Shown here: positions 14,658 through 16,267 of the stretch, in pieces
Position numbering within the stretch: position 1 is the stretch's first letter
Layout: every line of letters begins with the position of its first letter
IMG/VR virus record: IMGVR_UViG_2778261227_000013
Location: 1 to 16,267 of that record
DNA length: 16,267 nucleotides
Strand: one strand, 5' to 3'
From: a virus
Taxonomy: Duplodnaviria > Heunggongvirae > Uroviricota > Caudoviricetes
The notes under the pieces: model-generated
Told to the model about the DNA's origin: nothing
Databases searched by the model: none
Seen by the model: only the letters and a program-made list of their open reading frames with translations
Position numbers and translations under genes: made by a program

Positions 14658-14823
14658 TTGGGGGTACCTCCACTAAACCGAACAGCAAATACCCCCAAAA
14701 GTACCCCCAATTGACTGTAGATTTTGGGGTACTTAAGTAGACATCAAAAGACTAAAAGGGGCGCTAACATGCGGATTATAAGAGGTTTTTAAATACTTGA
14801 GTAGACTTGGGGAGACGTTAGAA
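14658..14823. other. att-proximal region between integrase and tRNA with candidate arm-type repeats
   Basis: Direct repeats TACTT(A/G)AGTAGAC at 14730-14742 and 14794-14806. GGGGTAC at 14661 and 14726, with inverted GTACCCC at 14701. Confidence 0.45.
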
Positions 14824-14899
14824 TGGTGCCGATAATAGGAGTCGAACCTACGACCTTCGCATTACGAATGCGCTGCTCTACCAACTGAGCTATATCGGC
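14824..14899 (-). tRNA. thrW: tRNA-Thr (anticodon CGU)
   Basis: The reverse complement reads GCCGATATAGCTCAGTTGGTAGAGCAGCGCATTCGTAATGCGAAGGTCGTAGGTTCGACTCCTATTATCGGCACCA: a 76-nt cloverleaf-compatible sequence with a CGT anticodon and encoded CCA end. Confidence 0.96.
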
Positions 14900-15013
14900 C
14901 CTGAAAGGACATGTTCACGAACGTGAATCACGGTGGACAAGGTTAAAACTAACCGGGCGATGCGTCAATGGCCTTGTGAATCAAATGGCTACTTTTGCAT
15001 CACCCGGTTTTAT

Positions 15014-16267
15014 TTACGCACGAATGGTGTAATCACCAATGCCGATCCACTTGTAAGTGGTCAGTGCTTCCAGCCCCATTGGGCCACGCGCGTGGAGTTT
15101 TTGTGTGCTTACCGCCACTTCCGCACCCAGACCAAACTGGCCGCCGTCGGTAAAACGCGTAGAGGCGTTAACGTAAACAGCGGACGAATCCACTTCGTTA
15201 ACAAAACGCTGGGCGTTGCGCATATCGCGGGTCAGGATCGCATCGGAGTGTTGTGTGCCGTGTTCACGAATATGGGCGATGGCATCGTCAAGATCGCTGA
15301 CGATTTTGACGTTCAAATCTAATGACAGAAACTCATCGTCATACTCTTCGGCTTTAACAGCAACCACCTTCGCAGGGCCTGCCTGCAACTGCGCCAGTGC
15401 AGCTGCATCTGCGTGTAATGTCACGCCGCTTTCCGCCATTTGTTTGCTTAATGCGGGCAGGAAGCTATCGGCGATGTTTTTATTCACCAGCAACGTTTCA
15501 ACCGTATTACATGTGCTCGGACGCTGAGTTTTCGCGTTGACGATCACTTTTAATGCTTCAGCGATCTCTACACTTTCATCAACGTAAATATGGCATACGC
15601 CTATACCACCTGTGATCACCGGGATTGTCGACTGTTCACGGCACAGTTTATGCAAACCAGCGCCACCACGCGGGATCAGCATGTCGATGTATTTATCCAT
15701 ACGCAGCATTTCACTGACCAGCGCACGGTCAGGATTATCAATCGCCTGCACGGCACCCGCCGGTAAGCCGCAGGATTTCAGGGCGTCCTGAATCACCGCC
15801 ACCGTTGCAGCGTTAGTGCGACACGTTTCTTTGCCACCGCGCAGGATCACCGCATTACCGGTTTTCAGGCACAGCGAAGCGACATCAACCGTCACGTTCG
15901 GGCGCGCTTCATAAATCACGCCAATAACCCCCAGCGGTACGCGACGACGCTCAAGACGCAGGCCGCTGTCCAGTACGCTGCCATCGATTACCTGCCCCAC
16001 CGGATCGGCGAGGTTACACACCTGGCGCACATCATCGGCAATGCCTTTCAGCCGTGCGGGCGTCAGTGCCAGACGGTCAAGCATCGCTTCGCCAAGGCCA
16101 TTGGCACGCGCGTCAGCAACATCCTGGGCGTTAGCGTTGAGGATGATTTCGCTTTGTGCTTCCAGTTCATCGGCGATTTTTTCCAGCACGCGATTTTTTT
16201 CGCGGCTGGAGAGTTGCGCTAATTTATACGAGGCTTGCTTCGCGGCAATGCCCATTTGTTCCAGCAT
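15014..16267 (-). CDS. proA: Gamma-glutamyl phosphate reductase (glutamate-5-semialdehyde dehydrogenase)
   Basis: Complete 417-aa ORF with ATG at 16265-16267 and TAA at 15014-15016. Translation [40 protein letters not shown]... matches enterobacterial ProA as recalled. Confidence 0.96.
   Translation of the reverse strand: MLEQMGIAAKQASYKLAQLSSREKNRVLEKIADELEAQSEIILNANAQDVADARANGLGEAMLDRLALTPARLKGIADDVRQVCNLADPVGQVIDGSVLDSGLRLERRRVPLGVIGVIYEARPNVTVDVASLCLKTGNAVILRGGKETCRTNAATVAVIQDALKSCGLPAGAVQAIDNPDRALVSEMLRMDKYIDMLIPRGGAGLHKLCREQSTIPVITGGIGVCHIYVDESVEIAEALKVIVNAKTQRPSTCNTVETLLVNKNIADSFLPALSKQMAESGVTLHADAAALAQLQAGPAKVVAVKAEEYDDEFLSLDLNVKIVSDLDDAIAHIREHGTQHSDAILTRDMRNAQRFVNEVDSSAVYVNASTRFTDGGQFGLGAEVAVSTQKLHARGPMGLEALTTYKWIGIGDYTIRA

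Larger units (their letters stand above)
1..14823. mobile_element. Integrated phage-satellite-like island (P4-like/PICI-like), partial; left boundary outside the window
   Basis: Integrase immediately adjacent to the 3' end of a tRNA gene, followed by an AlpA-family regulator, a P4-type primase/helicase and an iteron array. Nearly all genes are on the minus strand. Visibly AT-rich segments at 1..2520 and 12517..13320 contrast with the rest. No direct repeat of the tRNA 3' end was found in the window. Confidence 0.75.

Noticed and set aside
14900-15013. Intrinsic terminator downstream of proA (TTCACGAACGTGAA palindrome)
   Set aside because: The stem is only 6 bp with a 2-nt loop and no adjacent U-run on the relevant strand, so it is not convincing as a terminator.
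14933-15527. Plus-strand ORFs (129 and 103 aa) overlapping proA
   Set aside because: They are antisense to a complete housekeeping gene with a clear full-length product, so they are shadow ORFs.

Overview
This window appears to be an enterobacterial chromosome segment in which a phage-satellite-like island (P4-like or PICI-like) is integrated at the tRNA-Thr(CGU) gene next to proA. All identifications are from reading the translations and sequence by eye; no database search was run. The right edge carries complete proA (15014..16267, -) and the tRNA (14824..14899, -). Running leftwards from the tRNA, the island has a tyrosine integrase, an AT-rich unknown gene, an AlpA-family regulator, an antirepressor-like gene, a divergent switch region with a ribbon-helix-helix-like regulator, a tightly coupled leftward operon ending in a P4-type primase/helicase, an iteron-rich putative origin, a ProQ/FinO and PerC-like pair, and a Nu1/TerS-like HTH gene beside a TTGACAC repeat array. 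The most interesting element is the strongly AT-rich two-gene operon at 1..2420: a 229-aa protein of no recognisable family coupled to a 576-aa P-loop NTPase with a C-terminal zinc ribbon and an RpoA alpha-CTD-like domain. I propose it as a candidate, possibly undescribed, anti-phage or accessory system carried as cargo. The left island boundary is not in the window, since no repeat of the tRNA 3' end was found.
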